Assembly: GCF_009914755.1 (NCBI RefSeq)
Contig: NC_060931.1
DNA length: 64,000 nt
DNA from: the human T2T-CHM13v2.0 reference genome, Homo sapiens
Strand: one strand, 5' to 3'
Part shown: piece by piece, positions 16,523 to 32,365 of the stretch
Layout: every line of letters begins with the position of its first letter
Position numbering within the stretch: position 1 is the stretch's first letter
Notes under the pieces: model-generated
Told to the model about the DNA's origin: nothing
Databases searched by the model: none
The model's input: the letters and a program-made list of their open reading frames with translations, nothing else
Position numbers and translations under genes: made by a program

Positions 16523-17649
16523 GATTGGTGCTCAGAAGTGTGTTTATTGGGGTGAGTCTGACCTTAATTGGCTGACTTTCAGAAGTGAGGGCTGACACAG
16601 ATTAGTTGGTTTACAAGTGTATATTCCCAAACTGCATCATCCTTGATTGACTGAAGAGGTTTAAACAAGAAAAACGTCTGCTTGTTATCAGTTATAGAAC
16701 AATCAGTCTTGTCCTAAGTTTGTGGAGGGTTTTGACTCATACCCTCGTGGAGGCTTCCTTGATGTGTAAGGCCATTTTTAGCTTAAACATTTTTATTGTT
16801 CCATTGAGCTCCTGTGACCCATCTCTCATTCTGACAGTGGTGTGGTCTAACTTGCAAATCACCTGAAACCACACTTCCAAGGTAAGAGTCTATACCTTAA
16901 CTTCAATACCCATTATTGAAGGTAATCCATTGACTATCTAGGACATTATTAGACAGGCAAAGCAGAGTGGTTGGATGAAATAAAAGAGCATACCAGATTT
17001 GTGATTAACCAGTAAATAATTATTTAGCATGCAATCATTTTGGAAGGATGAAAGCTCTAACACATATGTACCTGTCCCCAAAGAATTTGTTTATTGGGGG
17101 AGATGAGGCTAAGTGTTCATTTAGAAAAAAATTTATATATGAATCTTAAATTGTGAGCTATGTACTTTATGTGCATTTCAGAGATTATTAGGAAAAATTA
17201 ATTTGGCTTAACTATTCACTTTTTAACCCTATTTCCTCTCTTTCTGTGAGTTTACTAATGATCAGGTTGAATGTAGTAATTAATAGAGCGTTATTGTCCA
17301 GATTCAATTAAGTGCTTTATTGCAATCATGGATTAGAAGAGAGCAAAGAGCTAAGGAGTACATAAGTCCAAGGGCCATAGAGTAAGAAAACAATTCCACC
17401 ATTTGAGGGCATTAGAAACCTGAAACTCCACAAACAACCAAGACCCTCCTAGCAGCTGGAGACTCTATTGTCCCAGGGGTACCATTTTAAATCAGTGTCA
17501 CTCTTTCTTCTGTCAAGTGAGTTGGCATTGAATGCAGCACCAAAGATGGCCCAGTAAAATAATCAACATTTCACAAGGTAATAGAAAAATATGCTTTTCT
17601 GAACAACGTGGAGTTCTATGACTAAACTCTAAAAAAATTCTAAGCCCTA

Positions 17650-18210
17650 AGTGTCATTGATATCACCAGTGTGATCATCACCACTGTGAACAGTATCTTC
17701 AGTGTGACCAGCATCTCCAGTATAATCAGCATCCGTGGTGTCTCCAGTGGGACCAGCATCCCCATTGTGAACAGCATCTCCAGCGTGACCAGCATCCACA
17801 GTGTGAACGACATCCACACTGTGAACAGCATCCATGGTGTCACCAGCGTGACCAGCATCCACAGTGTGAATGGCATCCATGGGGTCACCAATGTGACCAG
17901 CATCCACAGTGTGAACAGCATCCATGGTGTTACCAGTGTTACCAGCATCCACAGTGTGAATGGCATCCATGGTGTCATCAGGGTGACCAGCATTCACAGT
18001 GTGAACAGAATCTTCAGCGTGACCAGCATCTCCAGTGTGACCAGCATCCCCAGTGTGAACAGCATCTCTAGTATGATCAGAATCCATGGTGTTTCCAGTA
18101 TAACCAGCATCTCCAGTGTTACCAGCATCCTTTATGTGACCAGTGTGATAAGCCTCCACAGTGTGACCATGTCTCAAGTATGACCAGTGTTACCAGTGTC
18201 CCCATTGTCA
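17650..18210. repeat. Intronic minisatellite, ~18-bp degenerate unit GTGACCAGCATCCACAGT
   Basis: Direct inspection; explains periodic ORFs on both strands. Confidence 0.92.
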
Positions 18211-19797
18211 CTCATAAAAATGTGCCAAGGGGAAGGAGACTTTCCAGAGGGTTGAAGAGTCCAGCTAGAATTCTTGTTTTATTGCCGTCTTGGGACAATA
18301 TGGAAAACAGCTTCCCTGATATTATTAGGGGGTTGAATTCTGTTAAGGAAACTGGTAGCTTTCCCTCTTTCCTTTATGCTGAAAAATTAAGCTAAATATG
18401 GTTTGGATTTCTATAAATGAATCCCCTCAAATGCATTTCCAGATATGCCTTGATAAATCAGTAACCAAAGGTAACTCTGGTTTCATCTAGAGGTACAGAA
18501 AGTGGGATTTTCAATGCTTATTTTATATGTGTTTTTAAAGTTTGGATTATTATGGACCATTGGTTTCATTATTTATTATCTTCTTTTAAATTTAATCTAG
18601 TGTACAGACTTGATGTTATACTGTTTTGCAAATAAATGTCAGCAAAGCTCTTCTACAAATTTGGTAATTTATTCATCAACTAACATTGCCTTAACCATAG
18701 TGTTCCTATTTTCACCTGTTATTCCATGTGATAGTAAGTCAGTTCCTTTCGAGTCCACTTTATAAATGCTGCCAAGAATTAGTTAAGTGGGTTAGATTAA
18801 CCTGACAATTCTTTGCCTCAAAGATCGTATGCTCTTTGAGAACAAACTGTGTAAATATTTTTTAAATGTACTAGAGTCACAGTATGCTGGAGAGGGGAAG
18901 AATACTATTTAATGTTAATGCAGTCTCACTCACCAGAGAATGAATGACTCAGAAACTGTCGCACATTTTGATTGGATCAATTAATTTGCTAATTCAGTAA
19001 ATTTATGATTGCTTCATATTTAGGCTGCCTCATCAGTAGACACTCATTATATCAGTTCTCCCAAGAGCTAAAAATAGGACCAGAAGGGAGGAAGAGCTTC
19101 CTTTCCCAGGAATTCCACTCCTTGAGAGAAGGAAGTGAACTGGAGAGCCTGATTCTGTGGGAACCTGCCCTGTGGAGGCCTTGGGGGCAACCCACAGGAG
19201 ACTAAAAGACTAGGGTCTCAGTTTTACATAAATATAGGGGTAGAGGAAGACACAGAATAGACCCAGAGAGAGGTGTCCTTGTTACTGGACCGCCTCAAAC
19301 AGTAGAATATGCTATGGGGCACAGCAGTAGGAGCTTTATGCCAGAGGAAAAGTTCTAACATTATAGAGGGGACTTACGTGAGCCCAGAAGGTTATAAAGA
19401 TGGTAGAAAATGTGGTCCTAAGTGTACAGGATTTTGATAGGAACTTAGGACACTTTTGATGAAGTGTGCACCTCTGCCACTAAGTTGTGCATGCCATGTT
19501 GCCTGCTCGTTTCTGCCACTGCCTCTGTTGAACAGACAGCAATAGGGAGTCCATCTTCATGATGTCAATTTCATCACATCTGGTCCTTTCATTTCTAAGA
19601 GGTAAGCAAACACCTCAGCTCTGTTGCCTGGTTTCCATATCTGAGAGCGAGTGCCACAGGCCTTCAGGTTCCCACACCTATCCATCGAAGACTTTCCCTT
19701 GAGTGGATGTGCGGAATCCAGGCCTGTCAGTGTCCAGGCTCAGCCTAGCAGGTAGACTGAGGTGGCTCCTCATAAAGCTCCTGCTTGTCTTTTACAG

Positions 19798-20130
19798 GTG
19801 AAGGACTCTGCCAAACAGCCCCAGATGGTGTTCACGGTCCGCCACGCCACCGTCACCTTCCAGCCAGAAGGGGACACGTGGCGGGAGCAGAAGGAGCAGC
19901 GGGCCGCCCTCATGGTGGGCATCCTCATTGGCGTGTTCGTGCTCTGCTGGATCCCCTTCTTTCTCACCGAGCTCATCAGTCCCCTCTGCTCCTGTGACAT
20001 CCCCGCCATCTGGAAAAGCATCTTCCTGTGGCTTGGCTACTCCAACTCCTTCTTTAACCCCCTGATCTATACGGCTTTCAACAAGAACTACAACAGCGCC
20101 TTCAAGAACTTCTTTTCTAGGCAACACTGA
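19798..20130 (+). CDS. HTR5A: 5-hydroxytryptamine receptor 5A, coding exon 2 (aa 248-357; TM6-TM7, C-terminus)
   Basis: Acceptor cttgtcttttacag|GTG; VKDSAKQPQ...CWIPFF (CWxP)...NPLIY (NPxxY)...FFSRQH-TGA; 247+110=357 aa. Confidence 0.98.
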   Translation: MKDSAKQPQMVFTVRHATVTFQPEGDTWREQKEQRAALMVGILIGVFVLCWIPFFLTELISPLCSCDIPAIWKSIFLWLGYSNSFFNPLIYTAFNKNYNSAFKNFFSRQH

Positions 20131-23040
20131 GGGAGAGGACCAGGATTGAAAAAAGTTTCTTCCCATAATTCAGTGGAATTCCCAGTTCATCCATTTCCCA
20201 TCCCCACCCAACAGCCATGTGGACGGGATGAATCCTCACCATTCTCCAGGGTCATCTTCAGAACTGCACTGGCCGCTTTTCCACCTCCTCAGTAGGAATA
20301 TGACTCCTCATAGAGTTTTGGTGACATGATGTATCTAACTTATCTACTATCCCTTTCTCTGTGCTGACAGTCATGGTCTTTGCCCGCAAAGTGTCCTTTC
20401 CTCCCCAAATTCACTCTGGCATGGTGATCGACATTGTCTTAAAGAAGTCAAGGCAAATAAGAAGGAGGAGGTAAAACAATATGGGCAGGTTGAGATTGAA
20501 TAGAAAAGAATGAACAAGTCATGATGTAGACCTCTGAGGGTAGGAGACCATAGTTCCAGGCTTTCTGGCACAGTCCCCATTTCAAATATTCTCCTCTGTG
20601 GTCCTAGTACATATATCCTAATACCGATGGGGTATGACCCAAGAGTTGACCACAAAACACTGTCTCCAAATATATTAAAGTATATAGTCCTATCCATGAG
20701 AGCAGGGAATCTTAGCTTTAAGGTTTTGTTTGTGGCAACCACACACGAACATACACACACACACACACACAACTATGAAAGAGGCAGGTGTTCTAGCTAG
20801 CTAGTTTACTCCAAAATGCAATCCGTTGACATGAAACAGGCACTGAGGGTAACTACTTCCTTTCATTTTGAAGCAACAGTTTATAAACAGGAAAGTCTAC
20901 TGGTTTCATAGAATCTGTCAGATTTGCTTATTTGCTACTGGTTTCACGCGCGTGGACTATATTCCAGTGTTTCTAGTCAAAGACCTTTATCCTCAAATCA
21001 TGAGATTAGAGTAAAACAACTGCTGTAAGGTTGAGCATTTCATGACCAATGACTATGAAGGCACATTCACCAAACACAGGCACTTTAAGGGCATCCTTGA
21101 TTAATTTGCTAATTGCTATTTTTTGTTGGTATGTGAATTCCTGCTAGGAGGCCGAGGCTAGTAGGCAATGAAAAAGACAGAACAATGGTAAAATGCAGCC
21201 CCGGTCCTCTACAAATTGACAGTATAATTTATGAGGTGAGGCAGTTAAGTGATGATGCAGCATTTGGATGATCATGTAAAACCAGTGTCATTACACAAAA
21301 CTTAAAAAAAAATCCTAGGCAATAAAACTGCCTGTGGTCTGCTATGTCTCTGACTCTTCAAATGCATGAATTAAAGAATGATATAATAATCTCTGAATTA
21401 TTGTAATTCATGTAGTATATTGTATATAATAAATTATATCAATTAAGAGTTCAAACATAGGAAATTTGTGATAATTTATATGTGGTCTTGGCTTGAAGTT
21501 TAGTCTTGTCTTTATTGCAAAGACTAGCTTTATCAAAAGAATGTGAGCAGATAAAGAAATGTTAGACACCTGTGAAGTCACAATTAATATGCTAAATGCA
21601 GATCTTTATGCATTCAAGCAGATTCATTGAGAAATTTAGTGATAAGAATTGAAGAATTTATTTAGAAACGTCCTTAGATTTTTCATCTGTATATATCACT
21701 TGAAGTGCTAAACCCACAAGTATTTAAAATACAGACTCTTCACTTACTCAAGTTACTTTTCCCCATTATTACTCGAAATCAGAGAGAATAACAAATGCTA
21801 TTGTTTTCTAGTGTTTTGAATAAGGGAAGTGTTTGAATAAGGGAAGGGAAGTGTTTGAAAAACCTTATTAAGTACCCCATGGCAGAGAAGAAAAATTCAG
21901 ACATGAGGAGTCTGGAGAGGTAACACTAGAATCAAGGGTAAACGCTTAAGTCTATTCTACCTGAAAATCCATGTGAAAACTTTTAATCCATAAATCGTGA
22001 GTGTCTTACTGTTTAAAAAAGTTCATACTCTTCAGTAAAGCGAAGCTTGAGGAAGATGTGCCACATTTTTCTGGTGGCTTCAAACACTCCCCAACTCTCC
22101 AAGGATTCTGTATACCCCAGTTGGAGAACGATGTTATTATAATATTAATTCAATCTCCAGCTGAGGGTTTTATTAATGTTTTCATAAGATGGATAAGCCT
22201 CATTATTCTTATCACTCAATATGTATTTAACACCTCTCAGGTGTCACTTAAATTATACATTATATACAACATACTCCACATACGCTATCTAGAGCAAGAA
22301 ACATTCCACATAAGAGAAGGAAGAAGTGGCAATTAATGAATTATTTTGCTCCCATTTCAATAGTAAAAGTTGTTTATACCCTGGTAAGAAATGTAGACAT
22401 TCATTGACTTTGAGTCTCTACTATGCAAATCAAATATTTGTGAAACACTCTCATTTATGCTTGACTGCTAATATTTTATCAGGTTAGAAATTTATATGAA
22501 TCATAAACAGAAGTAATTGCTCAAAATAACTAATGCTGTTCCCGTGCCAGATTGCAACAACCACCTTTATTAGATGGTGCACCTAGAGAAGGCTGGAGGG
22601 TTTCCTGCAAGCCCTCTCTGTAGGGTGACTGAGGTGAACCAATCCAAAGCCCTCCTTTCAGCTCTTGTAGAATATGTCGAACAAAACGCACAGTTCTGCC
22701 CTCCTGCCTAAAGACAAAGTACAAAGGAGATAATCCTCTCCTTATGAGTGATCTTAGCCCTCTTGAGGTCACTATCAGTTTTATATTTTCATTGTGCGGT
22801 AGTGAAAGACAAGTGGAAGATGTCCCTGAGTCTGTATTGACATCAGACCATATTGTAGGGATTAATTCTTGATAAAAAAAAGCTTGTTATTTCTCTCTTC
22901 TTTTCATGAGGAGCATTTTTGCTTCCGTGTTTGTCTGTTGGATTTGCAGTTCCCTGCTCACAGCCAAAGAGGCTGTAGAGACAACACTTTGCCATATTTC
23001 TATTAAAGAGAAAATAAAGATTGAGTCCACAGCTCAAGTG
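20131..23040 (+). other. HTR5A: HTR5A 3'UTR (end uncertain; candidate polyA signals AATAAA at 21321, 21428 and 23013)
   Basis: AT-rich, repeat-poor sequence following the stop codon; AATAAA hexamers seen. Confidence 0.5.
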
Positions 23041-24263
23041 CTGAGTGAAAGTGATTGCCAAGCAGGGATTTGGTTGGCATCCGGGAAAAGGGGAATGGGT
23101 GGCCTTCTCAAAGCCTCTGTCCTGTATCAGGAAAGAGATTCTCCTGCTCTGGGCTGCTCATGGGCTGGGCCCTGATGGTTCACTGGGGCCGTCTGTGGTC
23201 TGTAGCTGTCTTTCCTGCCTTCATGAGGCACCCCTGTCAGGACATTGGTGCCCACCGTCCCCACTGTGCCGGGGGTGGGGGGGCCAGCTTCAGGAGGATG
23301 AAGGTCCAGCCTGGCCACTGTCAGCTGATTAAATGGCTCTGTCAGGACTGCCAGCCCCAGGTAGTTCTTTTCTAGCAGTCTCAGGTGCTGTGGTCCAGCT
23401 GCACCCAGCCTTCCATCTTCCTCTTTCTCCTCCTGAAAGGGATTTGCCTTTCCATCAGGTGTATCTTTCAAACTCATTATCCCTTCTGTCATGGCCTCCT
23501 TTGCGATAGCTTGGGTTGGCTGCTAGCTGTGTTCATTGAGATCTGGCTCAAGGCTCCGCAAGCAAGAGGAAGGAATCAAGGAAGATGCACCACAACGTGC
23601 AGCAAATTTAATCAGCTTCCCCACAACCAAGCAAATAATCGTCAATGTTTATTAAGCCCTGACCCCATACAGGGCACTGTGCCATGCCCTTCAAAGCCAC
23701 CCCTATTTGGTCCTAACAATAACCCTTGGAGGCACTATGGAGATTTAACACAAAAGTCATTTGGGTCTTGTAAAAATTAAATTATTCATCCAAGATGAAA
23801 TGGCTAGAAAATTAGAGCCAGGATCAGAACCCTAGGACCTGGCTCCAAACTCCAGCTCTTGGTCTTCGTACTTCAACACAGAAACAGCCCCTAAAGGATA
23901 AGAAATGATTGGCAGGAGCCAGATGATGGCAGGGACTTAAAACAACCCCTTCCTCCCCTCTGGCATCTCCACCAAGTACAGCCCACATAGAGCTGCAAAA
24001 GCACCAGCTTTCGCAGGACACCTTTGGAACAGTGTCCTTTTCCTTTATGATATTTGGTGACTGGAGGTCAACCTCGTGTGGCACCAGTTCCCAGACCAAA
24101 TCTGCCCCAGAGATCAGGAACAACCTAACCGTGATCTACACTGCACCAATCCCAGGTGACCTAACAAGCAATTCCCGGTGGATTAGCGATGGCAGATGGG
24201 AAGTAGGGGAGATGACGACTCTGCCCACTGGTGCAAATAAGGGGAGGGTCTGAGATTAATGTA

Positions 24264-25467
<1,204 letters not shown>

Positions 25468-25504
25468 GAAGGGAAGCAATTTTTAAATGACCAATGTTAA
25501 TTAC

Positions 25505-25646
25505 CCTAGTAATTAGCTAGGAATGGGTGGGAGCTGGAATTAACTAGAATTAACATTCCTAGTAATTAACTAGGAACGGGTGGGAGCTGGAATTAACTAC
25601 AATTAACATTCCCAGTAATTAACTAGGAATGGGTGGGAGCTAGAAT
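25505..25646. repeat. 53-bp tandem repeat, ~2.7 copies
   Basis: Unit CCTAGTAATTAACTAGGAATGGGTGGGAGCTGGAATTAACTAGAATTAACATT starting at 25505, 25558, 25611. Confidence 0.9.
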
Positions 25647-27777
25647 TTGGGGACAGAATTTGACATTTGGCAAGCCCCATAGTTGTGAAGATTTAAATCA
25701 AAAAACCTCTCTTGGTTCTTGTGCTTAGAACCTTAAATGGAAATACTTCAAATTAAAATAGTAAGAATTTTGATAACAAACAGATGTCTTCCTGGGGGTC
25801 ATCTTGGGTATTTAGAATGACATCTACATGTGGTAAGAATAGGCTGAGGGGGAATGGGGCTTTGCATGAGAAAAAAAGGATGAGGAGGGGATATTGAGCT
25901 GAGGAGAAACACGGCAGCAAATTGAAGTGAGTCTGTAACTTGCCAGCCATTGAGTGCTTCATCTTGGAAGCGAGTCTTCCAGCCTCAGTCAAACCTTCAG
26001 ATGACTGCAGCCCCAGCTGGTGTCTTGACTACACTTGACTACATGGGAGATCCCGAGTCAGAACCCAACTAAGCCACTCCCAAATTTCTAAATCACAGAA
26101 ACTATCAGATAACGAAGGATTATTGCTGTTTTAATGTAAAACAAACTAAATATGAAACTCGAATCTAATACTAAAAAGAAAGGATAAATTCAATACAAAA
26201 GAAAGGATATAGAATTCCATTTTGCTATATTCTGTTTCATGCAAACTAGATATGGATTTATATAAACTGGGTTAATTTAATTTAATACACAAATATAATT
26301 CATCAAATTATAAGGCATCACTTTAGTACTAAGGTAGCAGATTTAAAATACACTTCTGTTTATAAAAACTCAATTCATGTATCTGGAGAGCACTTGGAAC
26401 TCTATTTGCTGAGAGTTTTCGCCAACATGTGTGATGGGTGGGAGGGCAAGGCAGGAGGAACTCAGCCCTTGGCTGCCTACCCTGGATCAGGCTGCTGCCT
26501 GGAGCACAGACACACAAAGCATTAGTGGCCACATGGAAACAGACTGCTTCTCTCATTCCTTCCTGCTCCACTCTTTGGTGCCACTCCTGCTCCCCTATTT
26601 GGTGCCACTAACCTGGGTGTCTCTCCCTGGTTAACAGGAAGAGAGTGTGTGTGTGTGTATACATGCACACACACACACATACACATATACACATATGTAT
26701 GTATGCATACAGAAGATTTCCATTAATCAAACATTCAGTAGTAATAACAAAGCTGCAAACAAATCAGCCAGGGGTCATCATCAAAATGAGGCCTAAGTGG
26801 CACAGCCCCGCATGTCTCAGCCTATGGCATAACAGGAGCTTTCCTGACTCAGGAGTGGAAGGTACAACTCATTACAAGGCCTTTACACATCACCTAATGT
26901 GAAGGGCCCTGCCCACAGCTGCTGAGACCCCGGAAGCCACCTAATTTGAGGCCTCCTCCCCCACAACTCACTGAGTGAGTCATATTTTGTGCACAGAGCT
27001 ATCACCTCAGGCTGTATCCCAAAGGTTTCTGTTAGCAGGAAGGAAGAATATCGAGCCCTCTGTGTGCAGGTGAACAAACTTTGAGACTGTGGCATTTACA
27101 GCAACAGCTGCTCCAGTGATCCCATCTCCACCTTCAGCTCAGTTGGAAACTGAACTTCGGGGGTTAGAAGGGAAGAGAGTAGGTGCCCCATTGGTTTGTT
27201 ACCTTCCCAACATGCGACAAGTCAGTTTCCACGTAGATGAAAGAGGAGGTGGTCTGATTTACAAAGACAGATGAGCCCCCAGCTTCCTGTTTGGCCACCG
27301 ATGGGCTCACTGTCACCTCACCGAGGGTGCCTCTGTCCTGTCCCAGCACCGTTAAGGTGCAATGGGTCCTTGGTCTAGGAGTGAAGACGATGGGATGAAG
27401 ATGGGGGGATGGAGTTAAATAAAAGGGCCTGACTCTCACTTCGCTTTCTTCATCCTTCCTGCTCCTTAAGATAGTTGGATGTTTTTCCCACTTGGTAAAG
27501 TTATTCCTACAATTGGCCTACAGGAAAAGGAAGACAGGCAAAACAAACAAAGCGTAAAAAGACTCCCCTGGCCTGGCAGCAATGATAACCCACACCATTG
27601 ACACCAGTATGTTCCCTTATTATTTTACAACAAAAGGGATTGCCTTTTGATATAACCAAATATGGCATTTTAGAATCTTTTTGACAGGGTTCAGTTTATC
27701 TTGTTGAGCTTAATTTTTTTTTATGTATTCTAGATCCAAGTTAATGTTTAATTGAGGCTGAGAAGGGGGAAGGGCTA

Positions 27778-28455
<678 letters not shown>

Positions 28456-28623
28456 TCACACAACATCATCAGCTTATGGTCACTAACATCATAACGTTCT
28501 CTCCGTTTCTGGATTTCTGTATTCCCCTCCACTCGGCTGTTTGCCTATTCATGCACAATTATGACACTTTAAAAAAATACCAACAGAAGCTTTAGAGTTT
28601 TTTATGATACTTAGTTGATCTTT

Positions 28624-29557
28624 GTGTTAGTCAGGTGCTACGGTTTGAATATTTGGGTCCCTCCAAAATTCATACTTTGAAAACTAATAACCCAGGTGAT
28701 ATTGCCAGGAAGTGGGGTCTTTGGGCAATGAGGTCACGAGGGTGCAGCCCTCATGAGTGAAATTTGTGTCCTGATAATACAGGCTTCAGTGAATTGCCAG
28801 GCCCTTTTGCCTTTCCATCTCTTCTACCACCATGTTTGTCTCTTTTGCCCCTTTGCCTTCTGCCATGTGAGAACAGAGCGTTCAAGGCGCCATCTTGGAA
28901 GCCAAGAGCAGCTCTCACCAGACACTGAATTTGCTAGCACCTTGATCTCGGACTTCTCAGCCTCTGTAACTGTGAGAAATAAGCTTCTATTCCTTGTAAA
29001 TTACTCAGTCTGAGATTTTGTTACAGCAGCAGGAATGGATAAGACTTCAGTGTTCACCAAAGAAACAGAATCAAAATTATACGTATCATATTACATATTT
29101 ATGTCTTAATATATCTATAGCTATGGCTATATTATCTACCTACGCATGTATGTATCTATCTATCTACCTATCTATGAGATTTATTATAAGAGATTGGCTT
29201 AAACAAATAGAGAGATTAAGAGGTTCAGCTGGCAAACTGGAGAACTTAGAGAGCTGATAGTGTAAGTTCCATCTTAGTCTGAGACTGAAGTCACAAAAAG
29301 ACCAATGCCCCAGCTTGAAGGCAGTCAGGCAGAGGTGGGAACTCTCCTTTATTCCACCTTTTTGTTCTACTGAGGCCCTTAACAGTCTGGATGAGGCCCA
29401 GTCACATTGAGGAAGGTGACCTGCTTCATGTATCTACAAATTTAAATGTTAATTTCATCAGAAAACACCTTCACAGACACGTCCAGAATAATGCCTAACC
29501 TGATATGTGGGCATCCTGTGGCCCAGTCAGGTCAACACATGAAATTAAACATCTCAT
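28624..29557. mobile_element. MST-type MaLR LTR (28636-29045, +) nested in an MLT2 ERVL LTR (-)
   Basis: tgctacggtttgaat...ggcgccatcttggaagc...agcagcaggaatggataagac; flanking gagatttattataag...ggcccagtcaggtcaacacatgaaattaa. Confidence 0.7.
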
Positions 29558-30169
29558 ATAATCATCCTCATTGTTCTTCATGGCATGGCTTTTCTAATAT
29601 TGTTAAATAATATTTTCCAGTTAAACATCATCAGCTTGTCTAGCTCCAGGTACAATACTGGTGGCATTTTTATTGGGATTGTATTAAATGCCTCAATGCC
29701 TAAATCAAACTGTAAACTTTTGGATAGTCTTATCCAAGAATCAGGGCTGTCTTTTATTAGATTTTAATACTCTCATTCTTTATCACTCCCTAAGCCAGCT
29801 TATCTTGTCTCAGCTGCCTATGAAAAATGAGTCAAGGGTCTCAAATGTGCAGTCAGGCTACTCACATGTCTTGTGGTTTAGGAGAACAGAGAGTTCTAAC
29901 CGCAGTGTTCAGGTCAAATCTTCCAGCAAGCATTTATTTCCTAGAACAAAGCCTTCTCAAAGAACACAGGTTTCCACCTCATACTGGCTTCTCTTACCTT
30001 AAATCTTTTCCAGTAGAAGCAGAAGAATAAATGGAATCTAAGACTGAACGAATCCCCAGCTGGGTGCCACCCTGGCCAGCCTTGCTTAGAAGAGCCCGAG
30101 AGCCAATGAAGTCCCCTATCACGGGCAGCTGTCAATGTAGGAACTATTTCTAGAGGAAGTTTTCTCCTT

Positions 30170-30297
30170 TTGCCTGCAGTCCCAGCTGCTCAGGAGGCTG
30201 AGGCAGGAGGATTGCTTGAGCCCAGGAGATGGAGGCTGCAGAGAGCTGTGATGTCACTACTGCACTCCAGCCTGCGTGACAGAGTGAGACCCTGCCT
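30170..30297 (+). mobile_element. Alu right monomer (FRAM/AluJ fragment)
   Basis: gcctgcagtcccagctgctcaggaggctgaggcaggaggattgcttgagcccagg. Confidence 0.85.
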
Positions 30298-31561
30298 CTT
30301 TTCCCTCAGAGTTTGTTTTGCTATACCCAGAACTTTCCTGACGGGGTTAGTGTCACTGAGATTTTCCCTTACAGCTTTAGGGAGCATTATATAATTGTAC
30401 ACTGGCTCAGGCTTTCTTAGGACGACAACAGTATAAGATGGACTCCAGGCTCTCTGCAAGGCTTCTTGCTCCAAAAATGCACTGTAGAAATTGTTGCTTT
30501 TGCCCTAAAAAGTCAGAGACACAAATTCTATGTAGCTGGAAGAGAATGAATTTCTGTGCCCAGCTTGTAGCAGTTTATCACAGCAGCCACAGGAAATTAA
30601 TAGAGACAGCGGGTGCCCTTCTGCTAAATCCTGCATCCTTTCATATCATCAAAAGGCAAACAGTCATTGTTTTTGTGAACTGGGCAAGGTGTTAGCTCTG
30701 TAATCCTGAGGTTCGCTTCTCTTTGCATTAGGGAACTGTGGTGTTCTGAGCAGAGTTCTTTGCACCTAGTGGTTTGGAGAGGACTCAAGCTCCCGAGGCC
30801 TCAGTGCCGTCTGGCTGCTACTATGCGCAAGCATGCAGTCCCCATGCTCCTACCCCAACACTAGGAATTTTCTTCTCCCATCCCCCACTGCTTTTAATGA
30901 TGTGAGTAGTTATGGTTCTGTGGGAATGCGAGAGCTATCTGAAGTATTGCGACTTCAAATAACTTCAGTTCACTTACATGACCATGGTGACCACATTCTG
31001 AAAGATGAGTCTAAGATTCTGGGAGCACATTCATATGTTGTTATTATGCCACCTGGTGATCTTGAAACTTCTACAGATGTGGGGATGGGGTTGAGATCAG
31101 TGCTGATGTTGGTAAGATTTACTACATTAAACCAGGTAGACTTCCTGCATAGCAAGCTTGCATGTGGACTACAGGCACAGAATGAAACTTAACCCAAAAC
31201 AAGGTATCTAGTTCCATGACTGGTATTTGGAGCCATCAGAGTGCTTCCCCTGGAGCACAGCATCCTGGCCTGGGGTTGCTCCTGCTTTGGCCACCTTTTC
31301 AATGTGCTCACCGGGGAGCCACGGGTTGGGTATCTTCCTTCTCCATCCTGAGAGTCAGAGGCTGCCATCTTGCCTCGTGGTGGTGGCACAACCTCTCCCC
31401 CAACCTGCAGGTCCCTGTTCCTCCACTGTCGTCTTAGCCACTCCTGTGCCAGTTTTGTCTTGTACTTTACTGCCTGTTGGGCAAGGCAATGTGCCATGGT
31501 CCCTGAGCCACCTGCACATGCTTGCTGACCATGCCAGGAATGCAAGACCCTTCTTTCTCTT

Positions 31562-31977
31562 TGACAAAGCATGAGCACCGCCATCTTGGACAAACACCAC
31601 CGTTCTAAGTTCCCCTTGATTTAAAAACTGCCTAAATCCAGCCCCCAAACATCAGCCTAATGGCTAATGTCAACATAACCAGAAACATCCCAACCCTAAG
31701 ATAAACTCCTCTCCGGCCAGAAACACGCCAACCCCGAGATGCCTCCCTCCGACCAGAGATATTCCAACCTCGCAATAGACTTTCCCTCATGTAGAAACAT
31801 TCTGAACCTACGATAAGCTACCACCTTCCAAAACCCTTAAATATCCTTAGTCTGTAAGAGAGAACGGTCCTGACCTAGATTGGCCAGAAGTCCCTCTCAG
31901 GTTTATTCTCTGAAATCAACCTGTCTTTGACTGTCGAGCCATTTTTAGTTTTTCTTTCCTCTTTCTTTAACTCTTAT
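31562..31977 (+). mobile_element. Solo ERV LTR (LTR47-like)
   Basis: gagcaccgccatcttggacaaacacc...repeated agaaacat(t)ccaacc units. Confidence 0.55.
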
Positions 31978-32365
31978 GCTCTTTACTTGGGCCATTTCTC
32001 AAGGTAGCATGTGCAGTGAACAACCTTGAGAGAAAAGATAACACTGGCCCCTGGACAAGGAGCAGGCTTGCTTCCACTTGACACAAAGGCAGTTGATTCT
32101 CCAAGCTCAATAATCCTCTCCTCTAACCCAATCTCTTGCATGGGCAGCATCCACCCAAGCTCACTTGTTGCTCCCGTGGAACTTTAAAACAATCTATTAC
32201 CCATTTTATTGATTTTGGCTGAATGCATATAAATTATACATTTGAATCCACATTAATCTGTAAATTAATATGACTTTTAAACTTTTCTAGATAATGCAAA
32301 TTAAAAATATCATAGTATACATTAGATACAATTTTATGGATAGGACACATGCAAATTATTTATTT

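Noticed and set aside
17640-18183. Long periodic ORFs as a mucin-like or His/Asp-rich protein
   Set aside because: By-product of an 18-bp minisatellite; no start or splice support
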